Origin: Candidatus Omnitrophota bacterium
Lineage (GTDB): Bacteria; Omnitrophota; Gorgyraeia; Zapsychrales; Zapsychraceae
NCBI GenBank assembly: GCA_029261065.1
Contig: JAJDCB010000029.1
Coordinates: forward strand, 15,448 to 79,447
DNA: 64,000 nt
Direction: 5' to 3'
Of the stretch, positions 35,434 to 45,372 are shown in pieces. Below the pieces are notes generated by a model. It worked only from the letters and a program-made list of their open reading frames with translations, made no database searches and was not told the DNA's origin. Every line of letters starts with the position of its first letter. Position 1 is the first letter of the stretch. The position numbers were made by a program, and so were the translations under genes.

Positions 35434-37842
35434 ATGCATAAACGGATACCTAAGTTTCTTTTTGTTTTTTTCTTTCTATCTGGGGCTAGTGCGTTGATGT
35501 TTGAGATCGTCTGGCAACGCTTAATGGTTCTTATATTTGGGTCGAGTGCTCCGGCAACTACGGCTATTCTGACGGCTATTTTCTGTGGTTTTGCCTTAGG
35601 CAGTTGGGTGGGAGGAAAACTTTTACGGAAGATTAAACGTGTTTATCTTTTTTACGCGGCCATTGAGATTTGGATTTGCCTTTGGGGTATTTCGGTTCCG
35701 CATCTTCTTAAAGGGGCTGATGCCCTACAATTGATTATGTTTAAAAGTGCTTCGATGGGGAGTTTGTCATTCTTTTTTGGTCGTTTTGCGTTGGCAATTT
35801 TGGCTGTTCTTCCCGCGACATTTGGGATGGGGGCTACCATCCCAGTCATGAACAAAATTTTAACACAATTTCGATCCATTGGACCTGGAATTGCTTTGGC
35901 TTATGGAGTCAATACGATTGGCTCAGTGGGGGGCTGCCTCTTAACAGGGATCGTATTGATACCAACGTTGGGCATCAACCATTCTTTGATGGTCGCTGGA
36001 AGCATGAACTTAATTGTTGGATTTGGGTTATGGATTTATTCCGTGGCAGGCCAAGAACGCGTTCTGGCTATTGCTAGCGAGGATAAGATTTCTGAGCAGA
36101 AAACACAGCCTAAGCTTAAATCTTCTCTTACATCGCAGTTAATGTTTTTTTATTTTATTTCTGGCTTTTTAGCCCTTGGTTACGAAATTGTTTGGTTTCG
36201 TTTGATGGGGATGTTGACCACAAACTCTATGATCACCTTTACCGTAGGTCTCGCGGTTTACCTTTTGGGTTTTTCTTCCGGAAGCCTTCTTCTTTATCCA
36301 GCGCTTTCAAAACGTTTATCAGCAGGGTGGATTTTTTTCTATTCCAATGTTGGTGCTGGTCTGATGACGTTATGTTTGATTCCTCTCTATTATTATTTTT
36401 CTGATATTAACCATTTACGCTTTTTAGATCAATGGTTTGATGCGTGGCAGTTAACACCTTATTTACGTATAGTCCTAGAGGAAGGTTTTTTTGCCTTCAT
36501 CATTATGTTGATTCCACCTGTTTTTATGGGGCTCGCCTATCCATCCATTTGTGCCTTAACGATTTCTGATGTAAGTCAAACACCCAATCGAAGTGGTTGG
36601 ATTTATTCTCTTGGCACCTTTGGCGCGGCTTGCGGTGCGATTTTGGTGGGGTTAGGTATTGTGCCGATTTTTGACATTATGATGAGTTTAGCTCTTTTGT
36701 GTTTAATGAGTTTTATATTATCTTTTGCCACAATGATGAGTATTGATTCTGATTTTCGAAAAGTAAAAGGGTCTTTATCAACAGTTCTGATTTTTTTGAT
36801 CATCATCGCATTAAGTTACGGTTTTTTAGCTCATCCCATTATTAGGGGAGGAGGTCGTTTGACTAAGAGCGGGGATCACTGGTTATTTAAAGATCCTCAT
36901 CCGGAATTCCCTAACGCTAAACGAAGTTTGCATCGCTATAAATCGGGTGGTGTTGGAAATGTTAGTGTGGATCAATTTGAAACGAGAAAAGAAACATTTC
37001 GACGGTTGTTAATAGACGGACAGAGAGTTGCTTCAACAAGGTTTGGGCCAAAGGTCGATGCCAAGATGCTCGCGCATGTTCCGTTAGCCATTCATCCCCA
37101 ACCAGAACGTGCTTTAAGTGTGGGTTTTGGTAGTGGAGGTACATCTTGGTCGATGACACGTTACGGCATTGAAGTGGATTGTGCAGAGATCGAACCAGAG
37201 GTTGTCCGTTCCGCTCATCTATTTTCTGATCAAAATTATAATATTTTAGAGGAGCCTAACTACCGTGTTATCATGAATGATGTTCGTAATTATCTTCATT
37301 TAACGGAGCAACGTTATGATGTCGTTTCAACGGATGTCACAAATTTGCAGTATAAACAAAATGGGAGTTTATATACTAGAGAATACTTTCAATTAATAAA
37401 AGATCATTTGACTAGTGATGGTGTGGCTGCCGTATGGATGCCGATGCTTTGGAGTAATGTTTATGATTTTCAAATATTACTTAAGACCTTTCAAACAGTC
37501 TTTCCACATAGTTCTGTTTGGTATTTTGACAGTTATTATGTGATCCTCATTGGCACCCCTGAGCCATTAGAAGTTGATGAAAAACGTTTAGCCTCTCTTT
37601 TCCGTGATCCTAAAATTGCTGCTGATCTAAAGGAAATCAATGTTACAACTCCTGAGCAATTTCTTGAATTTTTGATTATGGATGAAGAGGGGGTGAGTAA
37701 AATTTCAGAAGGGATGCCGATACATACCGATGATTATCCCATTTTAGAATTTAGAAATATTCCTCATCTCTATTATGGACAAATGGTGACACTTAAGGAT
37801 ATTGCCCCTTTTCTCATCGATTCTACATCAATTGCGGAATAA
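35434..37842 (+). CDS. Fused MFS-like membrane / spermidine synthase protein
   Basis: Two TM repeats (SG..AL..EIVW.R; YGVNTIG), then VGFGSGGT, EIEPEV, LYTREYF, HTDD.P. Confidence 0.88.
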   Translation: MHKRIPKFLFVFFFLSGASALMFEIVWQRLMVLIFGSSAPATTAILTAIFCGFALGSWVGGKLLRKIKRVYLFYAAIEIWICLWGISVPHLLKGADALQLIMFKSASMGSLSFFFGRFALAILAVLPATFGMGATIPVMNKILTQFRSIGPGIALAYGVNTIGSVGGCLLTGIVLIPTLGINHSLMVAGSMNLIVGFGLWIYSVAGQERVLAIASEDKISEQKTQPKLKSSLTSQLMFFYFISGFLALGYEIVWFRLMGMLTTNSMITFTVGLAVYLLGFSSGSLLLYPALSKRLSAGWIFFYSNVGAGLMTLCLIPLYYYFSDINHLRFLDQWFDAWQLTPYLRIVLEEGFFAFIIMLIPPVFMGLAYPSICALTISDVSQTPNRSGWIYSLGTFGAACGAILVGLGIVPIFDIMMSLALLCLMSFILSFATMMSIDSDFRKVKGSLSTVLIFLIIIALSYGFLAHPIIRGGGRLTKSGDHWLFKDPHPEFPNAKRSLHRYKSGGVGNVSVDQFETRKETFRRLLIDGQRVASTRFGPKVDAKMLAHVPLAIHPQPERALSVGFGSGGTSWSMTRYGIEVDCAEIEPEVVRSAHLFSDQNYNILEEPNYRVIMNDVRNYLHLTEQRYDVVSTDVTNLQYKQNGSLYTREYFQLIKDHLTSDGVAAVWMPMLWSNVYDFQILLKTFQTVFPHSSVWYFDSYYVILIGTPEPLEVDEKRLASLFRDPKIAADLKEINVTTPEQFLEFLIMDEEGVSKISEGMPIHTDDYPILEFRNIPHLYYGQMVTLKDIAPFLIDSTSIAE

Positions 37843-37952
37843 TTCGTTTAAGCTTAGGAAGAGAAAATGCATGAGTTTGGCATGGCGTCTAAGAGTCTCA
37901 AATGTTATAATCCTTCCAGAAAACCGACCAATCTTTTTCAAATTTTGATCCT

Positions 37953-39401
37953 ATGGGTAGTTTTAATAAAAAGAAAAAATTTTCAGAAGTTTTAGCAAAA
38001 GAATCAACGGGTAAATATGTACGGCCTGAAGATTCTAAAATGTATAAACGTTTGATGGATCGCGCGCATAGCGGGGTTTATATTGCTGATGAGCGTGGTT
38101 TAATATTTTATGTCAATGATGCCTTGGTCCGTATGTTGGGCTATAGTTCGCAAAAGGAAATATTGGAACGAAGTCTGATCGAAGTCTTATATGGTAGTCC
38201 TGAGGCTGGTTTTGAATTTTATGATGCCATGGAGGAGCTGGGATTTATTAATGATTATGAAATAGCTAACAAAAAGGCTGATGGTTATGAAATTGTGTTG
38301 TCTGTCACTAGTCATTTTATTCGAGAGGGTGCTGGAAAGGTTAAAGGGGTTGAGGGGATCGTGTATGACAGGACAGAGACAAAGAAGATAGAGAAATCTT
38401 TAACAAAAGAAAAACAAAAATTAGAGGAAATATTAAACCTTGGTGATAAGGTTACAACAATAAGAGAGTTTCAGGAGTTGATTGATTTTGTTGTAGATCG
38501 TATAGCCGTTATTTTAGAGGCGAGGGTTTGTTCGATCCTATTGGTTGATGAGAACAGCGGAACCCTTAAGATTGCAGGGGCATTTGGTCTTGATAAGGAA
38601 ATTATTGAGAAAACAGAAATTAGTGTGGGCGATCCGATAGCCGGTGTTGTCGCTAAAGATTTAATTCCTATCTTAGTTAAAAATATTGAATACGACGAAC
38701 GTTTTAAACGCGCCAATCGTGAAGGTTACACCAATCAATCTTTTATGATTGTCCCCATTTTAGTAGGTGATGAGTTATTAGGGGTGATTGATGTAGCTGA
38801 TAAGATTTCGGATGTCTCGATCGGTGCATCATTTGATGAGATCGATCTCAAAATTCTTGCCTCTTTAGCCCGCGAAACAGCTGTTGCCATTGATAATTTA
38901 AAGGTCATCACAGATCTAAATTTACAAACGGTAACAGATCCTTTAACGCGAATATACAATTACAGAAAGTTTTCTGATAGTTTGGAACATGAAATTAAGC
39001 GTCTAGGACGGACCAAGGGCAATTTGTGTGTGATGATGCTCGATCTTGATAATTTTAAATCTTATAACGATAGTTTTGGTCATTTAGAAGGCGATACTCT
39101 TCTAAGAGGTATTGGCGAAATCTTAAGAAAAAATTTACGTGACACAGATATTGTATGTCGTTATGCTGGTGATGAGTTTGTCATAGTCTTACCTGATACT
39201 AACATCGAAGGTCTAAAAGAATCTGCCACTAAAGTTATTCGTGAAGTTTCGGCTCACCCTTTTAAACGTCAGGTTACTGTAAGTTTAGGAGCTGCTCGTT
39301 ATCAAGAGGGAATGACGTCCAATGAGTTGATGCTTAAAGCGGATAAATCACTTTATGAGGCAAAGGAAAAAGGTAAGAATCAGTTTTATATATTAGAGTA
39401 A
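37953..39401 (+). CDS. PAS-GAF-GGDEF diguanylate cyclase
   Basis: PAS (YVNDA..MLGY), GAF, TDPLT..YN, DLDNFK.YND.FGH..GD, I-site RDTD, RYAGDEF. Confidence 0.9.
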   Translation: MGSFNKKKKFSEVLAKESTGKYVRPEDSKMYKRLMDRAHSGVYIADERGLIFYVNDALVRMLGYSSQKEILERSLIEVLYGSPEAGFEFYDAMEELGFINDYEIANKKADGYEIVLSVTSHFIREGAGKVKGVEGIVYDRTETKKIEKSLTKEKQKLEEILNLGDKVTTIREFQELIDFVVDRIAVILEARVCSILLVDENSGTLKIAGAFGLDKEIIEKTEISVGDPIAGVVAKDLIPILVKNIEYDERFKRANREGYTNQSFMIVPILVGDELLGVIDVADKISDVSIGASFDEIDLKILASLARETAVAIDNLKVITDLNLQTVTDPLTRIYNYRKFSDSLEHEIKRLGRTKGNLCVMMLDLDNFKSYNDSFGHLEGDTLLRGIGEILRKNLRDTDIVCRYAGDEFVIVLPDTNIEGLKESATKVIREVSAHPFKRQVTVSLGAARYQEGMTSNELMLKADKSLYEAKEKGKNQFYILE

Positions 39402-39493
39402 TGCTACGAGTTAAATGAAACACCACTTTTAATTATCAAATACCCCACCCTTGTAAAATGTCTGAGATCTCCAATAAAGCGAATAAGAATAAT

Positions 39494-40951
39494 TTATTGT
39501 TCTTGGTATAAACTATAATTGTAAAATGTCGCTACCTTTTTAGTTTGTAGAAATAATTCTCTAGGTAAATCATAGATGTTGTCATCGTTGATCGCAAAGA
39601 AATCTTTTTTGTTGTCTTTAAGATAAGGAAAATAATATTTATGCTCAATGATAGGGGTGTCTACGGCACTACCTTGAGCATAAAAATCTGCTGAGTAAGG
39701 CATGTGATCCACATACACAAGTTGACTAGCTACATCGGGTCGCAGTTCTTTATATTTATTAACGATATCGACTTGAGAAGATTGACGGCCTACTGAGGGT
39801 AAAATGGTTATGGCCGCAATAATTAAGGCTAGTGGAGCAAGGAGTGATGTTATGAGAAATGTGTTTGGTTTAGCGGGCCAAGATAATGGCTTTGATTGCT
39901 GTTTTTCTAATAATAAGATGAGACGTGCCGTAATTAATGCAAAGGCCGGTAAAGCGGGTATCAGATAAGTCATTAAGATGTTACTAGCAATAGTAAATAA
40001 AATAAGAGGGGAAAGTAACCATAAGAGTATTAAAATCCAGATTTCATTTTCAAAAATGGCTTTAAATTTTACTTTTGCTTTCTTTAAATACATCAAAGCG
40101 CCAACCATAATAATGGTCCAGGGCATGGTGACGGGAATGGCAAATAACCAAATCATTCCTTTAGGTTGTGAATGTCCTTTACCATATAAATCCCCTTCCC
40201 AACCGCTTACCGTAAAACGTTTGAAATGTTCGCCCACAATAAAATAATTAAGAAATCCGGGAGTTTTCATCTCAGCTAAGACGTACCAAGGAATTGCGAT
40301 TAAGGCTGTTAAGAGAAGGCCTGTAATCCAAGGTAGGGAAAGCCAGAGTCGTTTCCATTGGCGATATATGATAAGCCATAAAACAATCGGGATAAAAATT
40401 AAAACAGCGCCAACGGGACCTTTGGCTAATAAACTTAAAGCCAGTCCGATAAAAAAAAGATAACCCCAATATTTCGAAGGGTGTGGCGATTGTAAACAAA
40501 AAATTAAAGAGATCATACTTAGTGTAATGGCTGTTGAAAGGGCCGGATCTGTCATAACACTACCGGCATTAACAAAAAACATACCTGTTGTTGCCAGAAT
40601 ACAACCAGCCATTAGCCCATATTTAGGGTTGATTAAGTGTTTACCAAGTAGATATGTAAAATATAGCATCAGGATGGCTAGAAGAAAGGAAGGAAGACGG
40701 GCTGAGAATTCACCTTCACCTAAAAGTTGAAAGCTGATCGCTGTTAACCAAAAAGAAAGTGGGGGTTTCCCCCAAAAGGGTAATCCTTGTTCTAGCTGAG
40801 GGGTGACCCAGTTTTGGGTGGCAACCATTTCTCGGCCTATTTCGGCATAACGAGCCTCAGTTTTATCCATTAAGGGATAGGTGCCTAAAGATATGAGGCG
40901 TGCGATGCAGGCAAGCAATATGAGTGTAATGAAAAGTTTTGGTTGATTCAT
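39494..40951 (-). CDS. ArnT/GT39-like GT-C glycosyltransferase
   Basis: TEARYAEIGREM, WGKPPL..W, LAKGP, PWY; multi-TM. Confidence 0.9.
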   Translation of the reverse strand: MNQPKLFITLILLACIARLISLGTYPLMDKTEARYAEIGREMVATQNWVTPQLEQGLPFWGKPPLSFWLTAISFQLLGEGEFSARLPSFLLAILMLYFTYLLGKHLINPKYGLMAGCILATTGMFFVNAGSVMTDPALSTAITLSMISLIFCLQSPHPSKYWGYLFFIGLALSLLAKGPVGAVLIFIPIVLWLIIYRQWKRLWLSLPWITGLLLTALIAIPWYVLAEMKTPGFLNYFIVGEHFKRFTVSGWEGDLYGKGHSQPKGMIWLFAIPVTMPWTIIMVGALMYLKKAKVKFKAIFENEIWILILLWLLSPLILFTIASNILMTYLIPALPAFALITARLILLLEKQQSKPLSWPAKPNTFLITSLLAPLALIIAAITILPSVGRQSSQVDIVNKYKELRPDVASQLVYVDHMPYSADFYAQGSAVDTPIIEHKYYFPYLKDNKKDFFAINDDNIYDLPRELFLQTKKVATFYNYSLYQEQ

Positions 40952-40957
40952 GGACTG

Positions 40958-41683
40958 TTAAATGTTTTTCTTCATGTTGCGTTTTATTGAAATAATTTCT
41001 CGAAGAACGCCAAGGGCATTGTGATGCGGTAAAACGCGACTGTCAGGATCGCTTTTCCAAGTGACAGGAAACTCTAAAACGCGATATCCATGTTTAAAGG
41101 CTAAAAGTAAGATTTCAATATCAAACATAAATTCATGACTTTGACAGAGAGAAAATAATTGATGAGCCGTTTTTTTCGTATAGATTTTAAATCCACATTG
41201 AGTGTCTGTAAAAGATTGCGGTAGGCCGATGTAAAGATTAATAAAGGTTCGAAAGGCTTTTGAAAGGAATTGTCTAGACGGAGATTGTTGGTGTTTGATA
41301 ACACTATTTTTGTGTCGGCGGGTTCCTATGGCAATATCACATTCCTTATTATTAATGAGACTTAATCCTTTAAGCGCATAATCGTAGGGAATACACAGAC
41401 CACTATCAGCAAACATAATGATATTACCTACAGCTGCTAGCATGCCTGTTTTCACAGCAAAACCTTTGCCTTTATTGTTTTCGTAGCGAATGACTTGAAT
41501 TTTGACTTGGTTTGAGGTTTCAACTTCGCGAGCCTTTTTCGCAGTATCATCCTGACTGCCATCATCAACAACGATGATTTCACCTTTTAGCCCCTGTTTG
41601 GTGAGAAAATGGTTGGCTGCATTTACATCATCTTTTATTTTGTGAGCTTCATTATAAGCTGGAATAACAATTGAAAAATCCAT
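40958..41683 (-). CDS. GT2, polyprenyl-phosphate glucosyltransferase-like
   Basis: VIPAYNE, VDDGS.D, N.GKG.AV, DTQCGFK, FDIE. Confidence 0.9.
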   Translation of the reverse strand: MDFSIVIPAYNEAHKIKDDVNAANHFLTKQGLKGEIIVVDDGSQDDTAKKAREVETSNQVKIQVIRYENNKGKGFAVKTGMLAAVGNIIMFADSGLCIPYDYALKGLSLINNKECDIAIGTRRHKNSVIKHQQSPSRQFLSKAFRTFINLYIGLPQSFTDTQCGFKIYTKKTAHQLFSLCQSHEFMFDIEILLLAFKHGYRVLEFPVTWKSDPDSRVLPHHNALGVLREIISIKRNMKKNI

Positions 41684-41829
41684 GTATTCTTTCGTTTTGT
41701 CTCAAAAATGTGAGTTTGATACTCATTATAGGGAAAAATTCTTAATATGAAACATAATTATTGACCTTTTATCTTAAGAATAAGAAGCATTTTTATATTT
41801 TGGGGTCTTTGTGTTATACTTAGTACCCT

Positions 41830-43059
41830 ATGGGGAAATTCTGCACTAGACCATTTGAATGGATTGAGATCCAGAATAAAGACGCTTATCTGTGTTGTCC
41901 GGGTTGGATGAAGGACATAAAGGGGGTAAGTATTGAGGGTAAGAGTGTCAATGAGATATGGAATGACCCTCATTTTCAGGATATCCGAGCATCCATTTTA
42001 GATGGTTCCTTTCGATACTGTGATTCTCAGTTTTGTCCGTTTATGAAGCAGCCAGATATGCCTCATTGGGAGGAGAGTGGTTCGCCTTTCAAAGATAAGG
42101 ATGGTATAAAAGATCCAGCCTTGCGTCATATTATTGAGCAGAAAATCACTCATTTAGAATCTCCCCCATTGATTTGGAATTGTGGTCATGATAGGACGTG
42201 TAATTTGTCATGTCCTTCTTGTCGCAGCAAGATTTTTGCGTTAGCCCAGCAATATGTTCAAAAAGAAATAGCCTTTAGTGATTTCGTTTTATCGGAAATT
42301 GGTCAAGACTTGAAATATCTTTATATCACCGGAACAGGTGATCCTTTCGCCAGTCAAGTTTATCGAGAACTTTTATCACAGTTATCATCAGAACAATATC
42401 CAAAATTAGAGGTGCATCTGCATACCAATGCTGTTTTATGGACGAAAAAGAATTGGGAGACCATGAGTGGCATTAATCAACGTATCACATCAACACATAT
42501 CTCTATGGATGCGGTAACGGCACAGACGTATGGCATTGTTCGTCGAGGAGGCGACTTTGGTATCTTGATGGAAAATCTTAAGTTTGTGGCACAGTTAAGA
42601 AAAGAAGGGCCGTTGAAATACGTTATGATTAGTTTTGTTGTTCAAGATGCTAATTTTCGTGAGATGCCTCGCTTTATTGAAATTTGTGAAGAGTTTGGTT
42701 TTGATTTGGTTTTGTTTACGAGGGTAAGAAATTGGAATCTTTTTACACCCTATGAGTTTGATCAACTAGCTGTTGATCAACCCATTCATCCCGATCATAA
42801 TGCATTTTTAGATATCTTAAAGCAGCCCTGTTTTGACAAACCTCATGTTGGTATTGGAAATTTTTCAGGATTAAGAAAGAAAGCTTTGGCTCAATCTTCG
42901 CAAAAGAAAATCGTTTCGGTTACAGAGAATATGGTTTATCGATATCAGTGGTATGTTAGACGATTGAAACAATGGTTCATTGAGCACTTTCCAATTCTTG
43001 CCAAACAATTGATTCATTTGAAACAACGGATTTTAAGAAAGGGAAAGCTCGCAGCGTGA
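41830..43059 (+). CDS. Radical SAM protein with N-terminal SPASM/twitch-like domain
   Basis: FCTRPF...LCC...IWN...R..IL...YC...FC, then CNLSCPSC, GDPF, TNA. Confidence 0.85.
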   Translation: MGKFCTRPFEWIEIQNKDAYLCCPGWMKDIKGVSIEGKSVNEIWNDPHFQDIRASILDGSFRYCDSQFCPFMKQPDMPHWEESGSPFKDKDGIKDPALRHIIEQKITHLESPPLIWNCGHDRTCNLSCPSCRSKIFALAQQYVQKEIAFSDFVLSEIGQDLKYLYITGTGDPFASQVYRELLSQLSSEQYPKLEVHLHTNAVLWTKKNWETMSGINQRITSTHISMDAVTAQTYGIVRRGGDFGILMENLKFVAQLRKEGPLKYVMISFVVQDANFREMPRFIEICEEFGFDLVLFTRVRNWNLFTPYEFDQLAVDQPIHPDHNAFLDILKQPCFDKPHVGIGNFSGLRKKALAQSSQKKIVSVTENMVYRYQWYVRRLKQWFIEHFPILAKQLIHLKQRILRKGKLAA

Positions 43060-43727
43060 AGAAGGTTCATTCTCTCATTATTTTTGCAAGGGAACCGCGA
43101 GAGGGGAAAGTTAAAACGCGATTAGCCAAAGATTTATCAAAGCCAGTTGTTTTAAGTTTGTATAAAAATTTTATTAAAGATGTTCTAATTGTTGCCAAAA
43201 AAGTCTCCTCTCAGAGGCGCTATATTTTTTATGTGGGATTAAGCCGCTCCATTCCATTTTTAAGATCTTATCAAAAGTCATTTATATTAAAACGTCAATT
43301 TGGTAAAGACTTAGGAGAGAGGATGTTAAGAGCCTTTCTTTGTGCTGCCCGGGAAGGGGCCCATTCGACCATTATTATCGGAACGGACTGTTTGACGATC
43401 ACAGCGAAAGATATTGAAGCGGCTTTTGCCAAACTAAAAACGCATGATTGTGTCTTAGGCCCAAGCATTGATGGTGGGTATTACCTAATAGGTCTAAATA
43501 AACCCTGTCCCAGCTTATTTAATGATATAGTTTGGAGCACGGAAAAGGTTCTTGATCAAACGTTAAAACGGGCAAAGAGCAATAATATGAAGGTGGCTTT
43601 ATTATCCAAAAAAGAGGATATCGATACGATTTCTTCTTTTAGGAAATATGCTAAAAAGGTTGTCAATTCTTCTGAGGATTCGTATACTAGGAGACTAATT
43701 AAGACTCGTTTATTGAGCGAAATTTAG
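43056..43727 (+). CDS. TIGR04282-like transferase (rSAM/selenodomain-associated transferase 1)
   Basis: FAREPREGKVKTRL, DLGERM, IIGTDC, LGPSIDGGYYLIG, WST, DIDT. Confidence 0.9.
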   Translation: MKKVHSLIIFAREPREGKVKTRLAKDLSKPVVLSLYKNFIKDVLIVAKKVSSQRRYIFYVGLSRSIPFLRSYQKSFILKRQFGKDLGERMLRAFLCAAREGAHSTIIIGTDCLTITAKDIEAAFAKLKTHDCVLGPSIDGGYYLIGLNKPCPSLFNDIVWSTEKVLDQTLKRAKSNNMKVALLSKKEDIDTISSFRKYAKKVVNSSEDSYTRRLIKTRLLSEI

Positions 43728-43795
43728 TTGTATAGTATTAAAGTGATTCTTAATTACTCTTCTAGAGTTATGAATGAGGCCATTAAATATCTATT

Positions 43796-44794
43796 ATGAA
43801 AATTTTACATCTGTATTCTCAAAAAAGTGAACATCTATCCGCGTTTATTGACGATTTATCGCAAAAACTGTTTGCCAGTGATGTTGTTGTTGAACAAATG
43901 TGTTTGAAAAAAGCAAATGGTTTAAAAGCGATTTGGGATTTGTCTCGGAAAATTAAAAAAGAGAAGATCGATTGTGTGCACAGCCATGATCGATCTTCTT
44001 TAATTATAGGAACATTAGCCGCACGTCTGGCCGCTTCTTTGGCGATAAGTACGGTTCATCAGGTTTATCCAAAGAAGGTTTCTTCTTTTATTTGGAATTT
44101 AAATAAAAACGTTGTTTTTGCCACACGCTACATTAAGACGAGAATGTTAAGAAGAAATCGTATGGCTGCTCATCGTATTTCTGTTATTTATCGAGGAATA
44201 GAGATAGAGACAAATGGCGTGTTTGATAAAAATCAGGAACGAGCACAGTGGGGGGTAAATCCTGAGAGTTTTATTATTGGCAGTGCTGGGCCGTTAGAAT
44301 TTAATGAGGATCAAACAACCTTGTTAAAGGCTTTTCGTAAATTACGCAAAAAGAATTTAGATTCTCAATTGGTTTTTGCAACAAAGGGTTCTTTAAAAGA
44401 TCATTTAAAGACAAAGGCCAAAGAATTTGATGTTTTAGATCGTGTTGTATTTTTAGATGGAAAATCAGATCTTAATCAATTTTTACAATCCATCGATTTA
44501 CTAGTTGTTTCCGCTATTGATGGGCCAAGACCTGAGATGTTGTTGCAGTCGATGAGGGCAGGAACGGCTGTGATTGCGACTAATATTTTTGGGCATGATG
44601 AATATGTTGAGCATAATAAAACAGGCTATTTGGTTCCTTGTGGATATCCTGAGAAAATTGATACATCCATTATGCGTTTGAATGCGATTAAAACATTGCC
44701 AGCTCAAATGGGCGAGGCCGCTCGAGAAAGAGGTCAAGAAACTTTTAATTTAGGTCATATGTCTGAATCTTATTTAAAGCTGTATACGCAATAG
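43796..44794 (+). CDS. Glycosyltransferase family 4 (divergent)
   Basis: GT-B fold motifs VHSH, TVH, TGYLVP, MGEAARER; nucleotide-sugar motif degenerate. Confidence 0.75.
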   Translation: MKILHLYSQKSEHLSAFIDDLSQKLFASDVVVEQMCLKKANGLKAIWDLSRKIKKEKIDCVHSHDRSSLIIGTLAARLAASLAISTVHQVYPKKVSSFIWNLNKNVVFATRYIKTRMLRRNRMAAHRISVIYRGIEIETNGVFDKNQERAQWGVNPESFIIGSAGPLEFNEDQTTLLKAFRKLRKKNLDSQLVFATKGSLKDHLKTKAKEFDVLDRVVFLDGKSDLNQFLQSIDLLVVSAIDGPRPEMLLQSMRAGTAVIATNIFGHDEYVEHNKTGYLVPCGYPEKIDTSIMRLNAIKTLPAQMGEAARERGQETFNLGHMSESYLKLYTQ

Positions 44795-44887
44795 GTATGG
44801 TTAGAACATTTGGGTTTCTGGTGCTTTTGTTATTTTGTGATATACTTATCCAAAAATATCAGATTTAAGAAAGAAAGGAATTAGGGA

Positions 44888-45247
44888 ATGGATATTCAAA
44901 TTAATACGTCAGAACGCCCTTGGGGGTATTACATAAAATTTTTACAAGAAGAAGGTGTTTGGGTTAAACGTGTGGAAGTTAAGCCTGGATGCCGGTTAAG
45001 CCTACAAAAACATGCTCATCGATCAGAAAAGTGGAATATTGTCACAGGCGTTGGTGTTGTCACCTTAGATGATCAAGAAATCCCAGTCAAAGCGGGATCC
45101 ATCATAGATGTCCCCTTAGGCGCTGTACACCGGATTGCCAATACAGGAGATTCAAAACTTGTATTTATTGAAGTCGCTTGCGGTGATGAATTATCCGAAG
45201 ATGACATTATTCGCATTCAGGACGATTATAATCGCGAAGATGCTTAA
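44888..45247 (+). CDS. Mannose-6-phosphate isomerase type II C-terminal cupin
   Basis: RPWG, LSLQKH.HRSEKW, HRI.N, EDDIIRIQDDYNR. Confidence 0.9.
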   Translation: MDIQINTSERPWGYYIKFLQEEGVWVKRVEVKPGCRLSLQKHAHRSEKWNIVTGVGVVTLDDQEIPVKAGSIIDVPLGAVHRIANTGDSKLVFIEVACGDELSEDDIIRIQDDYNREDA

Positions 45248-45372
45248 TCAGTAAGCATATTTAACAATTTTCTCCTTCCTCAATCAAGAATTAAGCTCAA
45301 AAGTTGCCTCATATCAAAAGTTTAGCATCTTTCCAAGATTAGGGTATAATAGTCTAACCTTAGGAAGATACT

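Noticed and set aside
37878-37893. Sigma-54 promoter upstream of the diguanylate cyclase (TGGCATG)
   Set aside because: No GC at the -12 position; a TGTTATAAT extended -10 lies just downstream.
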